From NCBI GenBank assembly GCA_038831135.1, contig JAWBKW010000001.1, forward strand, positions 69,614-133,613: DNA of 64,000 bases, written 5' to 3'. Below, piece by piece: positions 30,047-39,512 of this stretch. The position numbers were made by a program, and so were the translations under genes. Position 1 is the stretch's first letter. Every line of letters starts with the position of its first letter. This stretch comes from Sulfolobales archaeon. GTDB taxonomy: Archaea > Thermoproteota > Thermoprotei_A > Sulfolobales > NBVN01. A model generated the notes under the pieces. That model searched no databases, was not told where the DNA came from, and saw nothing but the letters and a program-made list of their open reading frames with translations.

Positions 30047-31438
30047 TTGGTCAGCATCTTAAAGTTTTTAGCTGTGCTTGGGGATTACATACCTTCACCA
30101 CCTAAGCCTGCTAGGAGACCGGACCTTAAGTTTAGATTTTTATTTACCGCAGCTACATTAATGGTATATTACGCTATGGCTAGCGTGATGGTTTACCCGT
30201 TAGTTAAGTATAATATTGAAGGGATTCAACTCCCGGCATTAATAAATGTTGTTTTTGCCTCGCAGCAGGGGACTATAGCGCAGTTAGGTATAGGTCCTAT
30301 AGTTACTGCAGGCTTAATTCTTCAGATATTAGTTGGTGCTAAGATACTTGACATAGATATGAGCGACCCGTCAAGTCGTAAATTATTTACTCAATCTCAG
30401 AAGGGGTTAGCTGTATTGATAGCTGTTGTTGAGGGGTTAGGCTTCGCAATGTATTATAGGCTGAACTTACCGCTAACTCTAGCCATCTTCATGCAGTTCT
30501 TTACTGGTGCTTTAATTCTATTAATCATCGATGAAGCCATCCAAAAGGGTTGGGGCATAGGTAGTGGTGTTAGTTTATTTATTTTAGCAGGTGTAGCTAG
30601 GACTATAGCGTGGGATGCGTTCGCACCGATTAAAGTTCCAGGAACTGATCAATACCATGGTTTCTTTCCCTACCTCTTTCAGGGACTGTTTGGGGGTGGA
30701 TTAAGTAATGAGAGGCTTTTCTACGGTCTAGCTGAGGGTGTTAATAGGGCCTTGCCTTCATTGCCTGGTTTTATTACAGTGGTAATTCTCTCAATAGTGC
30801 TTGTGTACCTCCAGAGCGTTAAGGTTAATATTCCAGTAACTACTCAGAGGGCTCCAGGTATTAGAACTAAAGTACCTCTGCAGTTCCTCTACGTGACTAA
30901 CATCCCAATATTATTGGTTGGCATATTGTTTTCCGATTTAATCCTTTTCTACAACATTTCATCAACTTACTTAGCTAATTCCGTTCCATGGGTCTCTGAA
31001 GCGCTCTCAGTTATGATTACTTATTTAGCACCTCCTAACTCTTTATTGGAGATCTATGTAAACCCGTTAAGGGTACTCATATACTCACTCTTATTAGTAG
31101 GTCTTGCTGTAGTATTTGGATATATGTGGGTTGAGATTGCTGGGTTAAATCCTGAGACCCAAGCAGAGAACTTGATTAAGTCAGGCCTTGAAATACCTGG
31201 TATTAGGAGAAATCCTAAGGTCCTAGAATCTATACTCGCTAGGTATATCTACCCCTTAACAGTGCTTAGTTCCATAATAGTTGCTTTAGTAGCTCTTACA
31301 GCAGATATTTTCAGCGCCTTCGGTACGGGTACTGGAATACTCTTATCTATAGGTATTCTGCAGCAGTACTACACAACTATAGCGTATGAGAGAACGTTAG
31401 AGGCGTACCCGCTACTTAAGAGATTGATTGGTGAGTAA
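30047..31438 (+). CDS. secY: preprotein translocase subunit SecY
   Basis: 463 aa, about 10 TM segments, located after uL15. TTG start. Confidence 0.95.
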   Translation: MVSILKFLAVLGDYIPSPPKPARRPDLKFRFLFTAATLMVYYAMASVMVYPLVKYNIEGIQLPALINVVFASQQGTIAQLGIGPIVTAGLILQILVGAKILDIDMSDPSSRKLFTQSQKGLAVLIAVVEGLGFAMYYRLNLPLTLAIFMQFFTGALILLIIDEAIQKGWGIGSGVSLFILAGVARTIAWDAFAPIKVPGTDQYHGFFPYLFQGLFGGGLSNERLFYGLAEGVNRALPSLPGFITVVILSIVLVYLQSVKVNIPVTTQRAPGIRTKVPLQFLYVTNIPILLVGILFSDLILFYNISSTYLANSVPWVSEALSVMITYLAPPNSLLEIYVNPLRVLIYSLLLVGLAVVFGYMWVEIAGLNPETQAENLIKSGLEIPGIRRNPKVLESILARYIYPLTVLSSIIVALVALTADIFSAFGTGTGILLSIGILQQYYTTIAYERTLEAYPLLKRLIGE

Positions 31439-31443
31439 AGGGT

Positions 31444-32061
31444 ATGCTTAAGGTAGTTATTGCTGTCGGCATACCCGGAGTAGGTAAGAGTACAGTCCTT
31501 AATATAGCTATGAAGGAATTAGAGAATAGAGGTTATTGTGTTAGGGTCATCAACTTCGGTGACCTAATGCTTGAGACGTTAACGCGTCGCGGATTAGTGA
31601 AGTCAAGGGACGATATCAGGAACTTACCTCTTAGCATACAGCGCGAGGTTCAGAGGGAGGTAGCTGGGAGAATAGGTGATGAGTTAAGTAGGATTAGGAG
31701 GTTAAATGATGGAAAGACGTACGTAGTTATTATTGATACGCATGCTGTTGTGAAAACCAGTACAGGTTACTGGTCAGGTCTTCCAGCCCACGTAATTACT
31801 AACATAATGCCTGATTCAATAGTGGTTGTTGAGGCTGACGTACAGGAAATACTTAAGAGGCAGATTAAGGACGTTGAGAGGAGGAGGAATGACTACAGCG
31901 ATGTTGAGTTATTGAACGAGTTATTATTACTTAATAGGGTTTTCGCAGTATCAAGTGCTAATTTAGTGGGGGCATCAGTATACATACTTCGTAATAGGGA
32001 GGGTAGGGCAGAGGAAACCGCTTTAGAATTTATTAAGTTGATAGAGAGTTTAAGGGACTGA
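31444..32061 (+). CDS. adkA: adenylate kinase, archaeal type
   Basis: 205 aa. P-loop GIPGVGKST. Located after secY. Confidence 0.85.
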   Translation: MLKVVIAVGIPGVGKSTVLNIAMKELENRGYCVRVINFGDLMLETLTRRGLVKSRDDIRNLPLSIQREVQREVAGRIGDELSRIRRLNDGKTYVVIIDTHAVVKTSTGYWSGLPAHVITNIMPDSIVVVEADVQEILKRQIKDVERRRNDYSDVELLNELLLLNRVFAVSSANLVGASVYILRNREGRAEETALEFIKLIESLRD

Positions 32062-32062
32062 T

Positions 32063-32521
32063 ATGCTTTTAGCTTTATACGTTTTAATGATATTCGCGGT
32101 CTTCACACCTTTCTCACTTCTCTTGAGGTTCATATTGGTAAGGATTGGTGTTAATTCAGTTCTTCAAGAGATTAGAGAATTAAGTGAGAGAGCATCTAAG
32201 GTCAGTCCTAAAGATAAGAAAATGCGTATGATTAGGGAGAGGTATGATGCGCTTAGAAGGAAGCTTAGGAATGTATTCCTCATAAATCTCTTTACTTTAT
32301 GGATCGCTATTTTTACTGCGGTCACACTATCTAACTTAGCCTTAATTACGTTATCAACTACCTATGGCATCACTATGGGTTTTAGGAGTCCCTTAAGAAT
32401 TCCTGGCTTGGTCATGGGTGAGGATCAGTTAAACATTCTTTTAGTTGTTATGGCAGTTATTATGGCTTACCAACCAGTACATAATAAGTTATCGACTATG
32501 GAGAAAGTCTACGAAGTTTGA
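32063..32521 (+). CDS. DUF106-family membrane protein (Oxa1/YidC-like insertase homolog)
   Basis: 152 aa with three TM segments and a basic coiled loop. Sits in the conserved slot after adk in archaeal spc operons. Confidence 0.6.
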   Translation: MLLALYVLMIFAVFTPFSLLLRFILVRIGVNSVLQEIRELSERASKVSPKDKKMRMIRERYDALRRKLRNVFLINLFTLWIAIFTAVTLSNLALITLSTTYGITMGFRSPLRIPGLVMGEDQLNILLVVMAVIMAYQPVHNKLSTMEKVYEV

Positions 32522-32581
32522 TGAGTTAAGTCCTAGATACAGTTTTAAGCTCATAGATTAAGATCTTTTGGTGTACCTACA

Positions 32582-32821
32582 GTGGCTTACGAATCAAAAT
32601 CACATAGTATGCGTAGGAGATATATCAGGACCCCCGGAGGACTCACTAAGATACGCTACAGCAGGTTTAAATCTGATGCCCCTATATGTGGTGTTTGCGG
32701 TGCTCCGCTAAATGGCGTTAGGGACGGCTCAAAGAGTGAGAAGAGTGTTGAGAGACCGTACGGCGGTTATTTATGCCATAGATGTCTTGAGACCTTGATA
32801 AAGTTAAGTGTTAGGGCTTAA
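32582..32821 (+). CDS. rpl34e: ribosomal protein eL34
   Basis: 79 aa. Contains RRRYIRTPGG and a CxxC...CxxC zinc ribbon. Confidence 0.9.
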   Translation: MAYESKSHSMRRRYIRTPGGLTKIRYSRFKSDAPICGVCGAPLNGVRDGSKSEKSVERPYGGYLCHRCLETLIKLSVRA

Positions 32822-32830
32822 TTCATGTAG

Positions 32831-33412
32831 GTGCGGTTTTTGAAGACCTGCAATAAGGAATCTTTAGTAATCGCTGTTAGCGGTAGACCGGGAAGCGGTA
32901 AGACTACCTTAGCTAAGTCTCTAGCAGAAGCCTTGGGCCTGAGATACGTCTCTTCTGGGGGTATATTTAGGAAGATGGCTGAGAAATTAGGAGTTTCATT
33001 AGTAGATATGTCTAGAATTGCTGAAAACGACTTCAGCATAGATAAAGCCATAGACGAAGAAGCTAGAAATGAGGCATTAAAGGGAGGCGTCGTTGTTGAC
33101 GGTCATATAGCTGCTTGGATTTTAAAGGACTTAGCACATATTAAGATTTCAGTTATCGCACCTCTCGAGGTTAGAGTCAGTAGGATTGCTAAGAGAGATT
33201 CATTAAGTTTTGAGGAGGCTTTAAGGATTATTAAGAAGGTGGAGGATTCTGAGAACCGTAGATTTAAGGCGCTCTACGGTTTAGACCTCAGCGATAACAC
33301 CGTATTCGACTTAATAATTAACACATCTACGTTCACTCCTGGGGAATGCCTGAACATAGCTCTAGAAGCAATTAATGAAGTCTTAAATAGGTGTGCATCA
33401 GAAAATTTATGA
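32831..33412 (+). CDS. cmk: cytidylate kinase, archaeal type
   Basis: 193 aa. P-loop GRPGSGKTT. GTG start. Confidence 0.85.
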   Translation: MRFLKTCNKESLVIAVSGRPGSGKTTLAKSLAEALGLRYVSSGGIFRKMAEKLGVSLVDMSRIAENDFSIDKAIDEEARNEALKGGVVVDGHIAAWILKDLAHIKISVIAPLEVRVSRIAKRDSLSFEEALRIIKKVEDSENRRFKALYGLDLSDNTVFDLIINTSTFTPGECLNIALEAINEVLNRCASENL

Positions 33413-33444
33413 AGGTAGTTAAGTAGTAGTGTTAGGTGGTTTAA

Positions 33445-33768
33445 ATGCCTGCCATAGAAGTAGGTCGGATATGTATCAAATTACGTGGTAGGGAAGCAGG
33501 TAAGAAATGCGTTATAGTTGATATAGTTGATAACAACTACGTAGTAGTTACAGGTCCTAAGGAGTTAAGTGGGGTTAAGAGGAGGCGTGTAAATATAGGT
33601 CATTTAGAGCCTCTGGATAAGAAGGTAGAGATAAGTAAGGGGGCTAGTGATGAGGAGGTTATTAAGTCTTTAGAATCAGCTAACTTAACGGAATTCATGA
33701 GAGAGAGGTTGAAGGTTAGTAAGGAGTTATTGCTTAAAGTTAAGGCTTTGAGGGAGGGTGTTAGCTGA
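33445..33768 (+). CDS. rpl14e: ribosomal protein eL14
   Basis: 107 aa. KOW-like IEVGRICIKLRGREAGKKCVIV. Confidence 0.9.
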   Translation: MPAIEVGRICIKLRGREAGKKCVIVDIVDNNYVVVTGPKELSGVKRRRVNIGHLEPLDKKVEISKGASDEEVIKSLESANLTEFMRERLKVSKELLLKVKALREGVS

Positions 33769-34882
33769 AGGGTATTCCACCCTCCATTACTTTATCGGTG
33801 TTTTTATGGATTTAACGTCTGAGGGTTTTAAATTCGTATTGAATTTGGATTCTTACGGCGGCGTTAGTAGGGAATGGTTAGTTAGGAGGGATGAATGTAC
33901 TGATGAGAGGTTTGGCGGTCTCCCGTCTTTAAGGCCCCTAGCTCAGAGACTTAATTATGGGGTTGTAGTCGTTGATAAGCCTCCAGGACCTAGTAGCCAT
34001 GAGGTAGTTTCATGGATTAAGTTGATGTTAGGAGTTCCTAAGGCCGGTCATGGGGGAACCCTAGAGCCCTCCCACCATTAGGTGGTTGGGCGGGGATATC
34101 CTAAGGTCAGCGGCGTACTTCCAGTTACTTTAGGATTCGGGACTAAGGCTGTTGGTATGTTGATGTTAGCTGATAAGGAGTACGTTGCTATCATGCAACT
34201 CCATGGAGGGATCAGTAGTGGTAGATTGGGAGAAGTCTTAGAGGAGTTCACAGGGGAAATATATCAGAAACCTCCTGTGAAGGCATCGGTTAAGAGAGCC
34301 TTAAGAGTTAAGAAGATTTACAGTATTAAAGTCTTGGAGTTTAAGCACCCCTATGTTTTGATGGTTGTCAGTTGCGAACATGGAACTTATATAAGGAAGT
34401 TAATCCACGACATAGGTGAGGTATTAGGTGTTGGGGCACATATGCGTGAATTAAGGAGGACTAAGACAGGACCTTTCAGAGAGGATGATAAGTTGATAAC
34501 TATGCATGAACTATCTGAAGCAGTATATATTTATAAGGAATTAGGTGACGAGACCCAACTAATGAAGTACATACTACCAATAGAGTATGCGGTTTCACAC
34601 ATGCCTAAAATAATGATCTCAGACGGCGCCGTAGATGCTTTAGCAAATGGGGCAGACCTGGCAATACCAGGAATAGTAAAGCTACATAACAATATAGGAA
34701 AAGGGGAGAAAGTAGCAATACTATCATTAAAGGGTGAATTAGTAGCAATCGGTAAAACATTAATGACGTCAAAGGAGATGATGGAGGTAGAGAAAGGATA
34801 CGCTGTGAAAAACTTAAGAGTAGTAATTCAGCCAGGAACGTATCCAAGAATGTGGGGGAAACACAAACCCAAACACATTTAA
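33758..34882 (+). CDS. cbf5: H/ACA RNP pseudouridine synthase Cbf5, interrupted by a 33-nt BHB intron (exons ~33758/33806-34064 and 34098-34882)
   Basis: Two same-frame ORFs are split by a TAG inside the catalytic motif (HGGTL|EPSHH*VVGRGY|PKVSGVLPV). The C-terminal part has the TruB core and a PUA domain. The ATG at 33806 is a plausible true start. Confidence 0.9.
34065..34097 (+). other. bulge-helix-bulge (BHB) intron within cbf5 mRNA
   Basis: Central 4-bp helix 34059-34062/34092-34095. 3-nt bulges at 34063-34065 (AGA) and 34096-34098 (AUA). Inner helix 34066-34069/34088-34091 plus an apical stem 34072-34076/34081-34085. Excision restores the GAT (Asp) codon in frame. Confidence 0.85.
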
Positions 34883-34913
34883 CCCAACACGCATCAAACT
34901 AATTTAGAACTAA

Positions 34914-35000
34914 GCCGGGGTGCCCGAGCGGTCTAAGGGGCTGGCCTTGAGAGCCAGTGGGCAACAGCCCGCGCGGGTTCGAATCCCGCCCCCGGCGCCA
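34914..35000 (+). tRNA. tRNA-Ser (anticodon UGA), CCA encoded, no intron
   Basis: Acceptor GCCGGGG/CCCCGGC. Anticodon stem CUGGC/GCCAG with loop CUUGAGA. Long variable arm GGGC-AACA-GCCC. T arm GCGGG-UUCGAAU-CCCGC. Discriminator G followed by CCA. Confidence 0.9.
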
Positions 35001-35319
35001 CTCCTCACGGTCTCGACCACCCCATGTACGAGTTTAAGCTGTTATTGATTAATATTAAGTCAGAAGTTTAAGGCATTTCAGTATTCTGAGGAGTAAGCCC
35101 GTTAACTCGTTCGGAATTCTTTATCGTTAAGTATGTAGGAGAGTCTAAGCTTTAGGGATCCAGGGTATCGCGGGTTCAGAAATTTAGGTTGATTTGATTT
35201 AGAGATTAACTGTACCTTACCCTCCCCTCTTAAATGATGGTAGTGAATTAGCTAGTTTTCATACCCTAATACTAAAGAATTATAAATTTGGGTGGGGATG
35301 TATCGTGGTGGTCAGTTAA

Positions 35320-36315
35320 ATGAGTAAATGGGTTGTATCTATAATCACTATGAGGGATGCTCCTATCCTTCAGGAGGCTGTTGATAAGCTTTGGGAGGTT
35401 GGTGAGGTTAGGTTTGCTTGGTCTAAGGGTTGGTTTGCTGATGAGGATGTTTTGAGGAGTGTTGCCGGTTCTGATGCTATTTTGGTTAGGAGGGGGCGTG
35501 TTGATAAGGCTGTTATGGATGTATGTCCTAACTTAAAGATTATTTCGATATACGGGGTTGGTATTGATAGGGTTGATGTTGAGGAGGCTACGCGGAGAGG
35601 TATTCTAGTGACTAATGGTAGGGGTAGTAATAGTACTGCAGTAGCTGAATTAACTATAGGTTTAACGATAATGGCTTTAAGAAACCTATATCAATTAGTT
35701 GATAAGATGCGTGAGAGCGGTTGGGAGGAGGCGAATAAATACGCGATCGGTTATGAAGTCTGTGGTAAGACGGTTGGTTTAGTGGGTATTGGTAATATAG
35801 GGTCTAGAGTTGCTAGAATACTTAAGGCTATGGAGGCTAGAGTAATAGCTTATGATCCCTACGTAAGTGCTGAGGGTGTTAAGGGATTAGGCATCGAATT
35901 AGTTGACTTGGATACGTTAGTAAGGGAGTCCGATATAATATCTATACACGCGATGCTAACTAAGGAATCATACCACCTAATCAATGAAGAGAGGTTGAGA
36001 AAGATGAAGAAAAACGCAATAATAGTAAACACAGCAAGGGGAGGGATAATAGATACTGATGCGTTAGTTAAGGCGCTTAAAGAAGGATGGATAGCTGGGG
36101 CAGCACTAGACGTCACAGACCCTGAACCAATACCGCCAGACCATCCATTACTAAAACTACCTAACGTAATAATAACACCACATGTTGGCGGAGGGACTGT
36201 AGAAAGCTCAAATAGGATGTCGTTTATGGCTGTTGAGGAAATAATCCGAGCGTATAAAGGATTACCACCAATGAACCCGGTAAACCCCGAAGTACTCAAG
36301 AGTAAGTCAAGTTAA
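35320..36315 (+). CDS. D-isomer-specific 2-hydroxyacid dehydrogenase (glyoxylate reductase / phosphoglycerate dehydrogenase-like)
   Basis: 331 aa. NAD-binding GLVGIGNIGSRVA and the catalytic region ARGGIID...PH. Confidence 0.8.
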   Translation: MSKWVVSIITMRDAPILQEAVDKLWEVGEVRFAWSKGWFADEDVLRSVAGSDAILVRRGRVDKAVMDVCPNLKIISIYGVGIDRVDVEEATRRGILVTNGRGSNSTAVAELTIGLTIMALRNLYQLVDKMRESGWEEANKYAIGYEVCGKTVGLVGIGNIGSRVARILKAMEARVIAYDPYVSAEGVKGLGIELVDLDTLVRESDIISIHAMLTKESYHLINEERLRKMKKNAIIVNTARGGIIDTDALVKALKEGWIAGAALDVTDPEPIPPDHPLLKLPNVIITPHVGGGTVESSNRMSFMAVEEIIRAYKGLPPMNPVNPEVLKSKSS

Positions 36316-36346
36316 TGGAACCTTGTGTAGGGGTCAATTAAACTAG

Positions 36347-36351
36347 TTTTT
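36347..36351 (+). terminator. oligo-T tract after the dehydrogenase gene
   Basis: T5 run about 32 nt after the stop codon. Confidence 0.3.
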
Positions 36352-36444
36352 AAATACTAATCTAAATATGGTCTACTAGTTAAGTTTCTTTAACAGCAAG
36401 TCCCTACTTTAATTCTTGAAGAAACGTATCCCACAACCAGTAAA

Positions 36445-36454
36445 AATATATAAA
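36445..36454 (+). promoter_or_regulatory. TATA-like box (AATATATAAA) for the 948-aa gene
   Basis: An AT-rich box about 27 nt upstream of the first nucleotide of the 36475-36539 hairpin. Confidence 0.4.
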
Positions 36455-36474
36455 TGCTGTAGTGTCTGCAATCA

Positions 36475-36539
36475 TTAGAGTAATGATTCTCCCTCAAATA
36501 GTAACGCATATAATATTTGAGGGAAACTCATTACTCTAA
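36475..36539 (+). promoter_or_regulatory. 65-nt near-perfect inverted repeat / 5'-leader hairpin
   Basis: 12 bp (36475-36486 with 36528-36539), then a 4x4 internal loop, then 10 bp (36491-36500 with 36514-36523), then 2 more bp, with a 7-nt loop. It ends 8 nt before the GAAGGTGG SD (36548-36554) and the GTG/ATG at 36558/36561. Confidence 0.6.
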
Positions 36540-36557
36540 AGCCTATGAAGGTGGCAT

Positions 36558-39404
36558 GTGATGTACATCTCCTCCATTAAGGCAGGGCTTTACTTAATTT
36601 TTATATGTCTCTGTCTTAATGTTGTAGCACCCTTTTTAGGGGTCCTGTGGTTATTAGATTACCTACATGTTTATGCTAACTCACTTGGTGGGTGGTCGAT
36701 AGATTCTGAAGGTGCTAATGAATCTAAATACACCTATAGCGTCAAAGAGTTCGGATCTGCCATTAAACTTGTCCTCTATATGAATTCTTCTGGAGATATT
36801 AACAAGGATTGGATAAAATTGATCGTGTATGGTAGTATCATCACTATTGAAGGTAATACTACATCGTATGAGAATTATATTGCCGGGTGCGTTAAGATAG
36901 GTTATGAGGGTGATAGAAAAGGAACGACTCGAGGTCTTCACGTAATATATTATTTATTACCAAAAGTCACTTACGTTAATTTTATCGAGTTAATCCTTCA
37001 TTCTGATGGAGGTCATCCAAAACTATATATAGGAAAGTCATGGGTTGAGGTGTTAAATATGACGTCAACTTACTGGATCCATGAAGATGGATTAAATAGC
37101 CAAGGCATCTACGTTTCAGGGTTAACATCTTGGGATGCAGGCGAGTTAAAGGTTGCAGTGTTCTCGCAGAATTACCAAAAAAGTCAACTATCAGTGTATT
37201 ATGGTAGGGCATTCAAGCCTGAAATGGGAGGTACTGCAGATATTTATGTAGACGTCGGCTATATGGGAGGCTTTAACATAGCACCTATGAGCAGTTACGG
37301 TACAGGGAAATATACTGTTAAACTTGATGTCGGTGTTAAACAATCTAATAATATAGAGGAGGTCTTAAGGGCTCAGGATTTTGAAACCATCCTCTATATG
37401 AAAGGAGGTGGTGGATGGATTGAGATGCCTGTAGGATTTGCCGCAGATAGGGTTGAAGATATACTACTTGATCTTATAGTGGATTATGGTTTAGAATTTA
37501 TTAAATCACCCATGGGAAGAGCATTCTTTAAGTTTATTCCCTATATCAGTCAAATCATTGAATGGTTAGACCTTTTCTCAAGCCTACAGTATGATGACCT
37601 CGTAAATGGTAGCAAGAGATTGGTCTTCAGCAATATTCATATGGATCCTAGATCTAATAACATCGTATACGTCTGGACTCATTTTGTCGGTGAAACAGAG
37701 TCCTACATGTTTTCAGCCAACTTAGTGAATTTCTATGGCGATCCGCCATGGCAGAGCATATTGGAGAAGTATTTCGGTGTTGATGTCTGGAGACTTAATT
37801 ACGGCGGTATATATGTAGGGGGTGTAGCCCTCGACTACTTTAACGTACCAGATATTGCATCAGAACTCCCTCAAGGAGGTGAAAGACCAGCCACTACAGA
37901 GATATTAGTAAAATTCGATAAACCTATAGATAGGAGTTCCCTACCTCCTTTCGATAACTCCATTAAGATTTGGGTAGGTGGTGATGAGAGACCTTTCCTA
38001 GAACATTTTAGGTACGAATTAGATCGAAATAACACATCATTACGTATCTACCCTAATTACCGATTAGATTATGGAAGTATATACGTTATTGAATTTACGC
38101 AGGGTATTAGAGGGGTTGATGGGACAAACCTTGTTAAGTCATATAGTATGTGGTTTACTACTGAACGGAAGCAACAGGTAGGGCGTGTGCTTTACTACGT
38201 TCTACCATCTGCAGTTACTTCGGCTTATCATAAGGGGAAGGTATTCGAAGCGTATTACTGTGATAATGTTTCTGTTATAGGGGTTGGACTAAATAAGGCT
38301 ACCATACGTTTTATGGAGAGTGGAGTGAATGTTGAAGCTGAGTACTTTGGTGAGGGATTATTCTATACGAATGATGTAGATATAGACTACTACGATGGAG
38401 GATTTGGAAGACTCTACATAGCCAACAATACTGTTTGGTTCGTACCATTCTCAGCGAAAGACTATGGGACTCCGCCACATAGTGGCTCGCTGATATTCAG
38501 CTTAGGTAGTACTGCAATTATATTAAATCCTAAGCACGCGAAGGTCATTATCTCTTGGTTGAGTGTTGGGAATCCGGAAATAAAGAAGGCTTTAAGGGAT
38601 GCTGGGATCGTTGAGGGTGCTGAACTCTACCTAGAGCCTGTACCCGTAATGGACTACTCGAAGGTATCCTCTATTAAGGTAGGTGAGGGAGAGATAGTAT
38701 CTGTGACTGAGCCTTGGCTTAACGGGACACATCTTCCTTTATACTTATTGACCACCATTGATAGACAGATCCATGACTTAGGTAAAGTGTTAGGGAATTA
38801 CTCATCATTGTATAAGGGCCTAGGTGGGATGCCAGTAGATTGGGATGTATTCTTATTTACCATCTCAAACATCACACATATGAGGGCGTGGAGGTTAACT
38901 CCTCCGGGTTATGCCCAGTTCGTAGAACAACCGAAGATAAATACCTACACCATTAGATTTCCCGACTTACCTGCTGAGATCACCTTATTAGCTAACACCA
39001 CCATCAAGTTGGTTAATACTTCTTATACGAACCAGGAGATCCAGGTAGTTGTAGAAGGAGAGTATGGGAGCTCCGGCTACCTCATAGTCATGATACCTGA
39101 GCAACTCGGTATAGTAGCTAAGTCTGCTACGGTTGATGGAAAACCGGTGGAGGTTGAAGCGTTGAATCAGACAATGTTTAGCGGTGTTAATGGGGTGAGA
39201 CTCACATATAGATTCGCGCAGAGTAACTCAACGATAATTATAACTGTTTCTCCTCCTATATCGTCAGTAACTCAGACCTCAACCAATTTTACTGCAGAAG
39301 GGAGGGCTCAGACGTATCCAATGCTACTGACAATAGCGGCGGTAATTGCAGTAGTGGCAGTCGTAGCAGTCGTCTTGATTAAAGTCACCATTAGAAGACC
39401 CTAA
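36558..39404 (+). CDS. large extracellular, C-terminally membrane-anchored protein with Ig-like (SbsA/Big_5-like) domain
   Basis: 948 aa. Hydrophobic N-terminal signal/anchor, many N-x-S/T sequons, an Ig-like module around 37885-38165 (TEILVKFDKPIDRSSL...YVIEFTQGIRGVDGTNL...MWFTT), and a C-terminal TM helix (LLTIAAVIAVVAVVAVVLIKV) followed by RRP. Confidence 0.6.
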   Translation: MMYISSIKAGLYLIFICLCLNVVAPFLGVLWLLDYLHVYANSLGGWSIDSEGANESKYTYSVKEFGSAIKLVLYMNSSGDINKDWIKLIVYGSIITIEGNTTSYENYIAGCVKIGYEGDRKGTTRGLHVIYYLLPKVTYVNFIELILHSDGGHPKLYIGKSWVEVLNMTSTYWIHEDGLNSQGIYVSGLTSWDAGELKVAVFSQNYQKSQLSVYYGRAFKPEMGGTADIYVDVGYMGGFNIAPMSSYGTGKYTVKLDVGVKQSNNIEEVLRAQDFETILYMKGGGGWIEMPVGFAADRVEDILLDLIVDYGLEFIKSPMGRAFFKFIPYISQIIEWLDLFSSLQYDDLVNGSKRLVFSNIHMDPRSNNIVYVWTHFVGETESYMFSANLVNFYGDPPWQSILEKYFGVDVWRLNYGGIYVGGVALDYFNVPDIASELPQGGERPATTEILVKFDKPIDRSSLPPFDNSIKIWVGGDERPFLEHFRYELDRNNTSLRIYPNYRLDYGSIYVIEFTQGIRGVDGTNLVKSYSMWFTTERKQQVGRVLYYVLPSAVTSAYHKGKVFEAYYCDNVSVIGVGLNKATIRFMESGVNVEAEYFGEGLFYTNDVDIDYYDGGFGRLYIANNTVWFVPFSAKDYGTPPHSGSLIFSLGSTAIILNPKHAKVIISWLSVGNPEIKKALRDAGIVEGAELYLEPVPVMDYSKVSSIKVGEGEIVSVTEPWLNGTHLPLYLLTTIDRQIHDLGKVLGNYSSLYKGLGGMPVDWDVFLFTISNITHMRAWRLTPPGYAQFVEQPKINTYTIRFPDLPAEITLLANTTIKLVNTSYTNQEIQVVVEGEYGSSGYLIVMIPEQLGIVAKSATVDGKPVEVEALNQTMFSGVNGVRLTYRFAQSNSTIIITVSPPISSVTQTSTNFTAEGRAQTYPMLLTIAAVIAVVAVVAVVLIKVTIRRP

Positions 39405-39449
39405 TGGATTATTATTTTCTAACGTTAACATTATGGGTAATTATGAAGA

Positions 39450-39457
39450 TTTATATA
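39450..39457 (+). promoter_or_regulatory. TATA box (TTTATATA) for the 286-aa gene
   Basis: Centred about 27 nt upstream of the GTG at 39482. Confidence 0.45.
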
Positions 39458-39512
39458 GGGTTTTATTTGTTAATTATTGAGGTGAAGAGTTTTTAAGTTC
39501 GCTATACTTGCT

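Noticed and set aside
35169-35177. CGCGGGTTC repeats 9 nt of the tRNA-Ser T-arm (34972-34980) about 170 nt downstream of the tRNA. This could be an att-site remnant of an integrated element.
   Set aside because: The match is only 9 nt, no integrase gene is present, and no second boundary repeat was found further downstream. It is too weak to call a mobile element.
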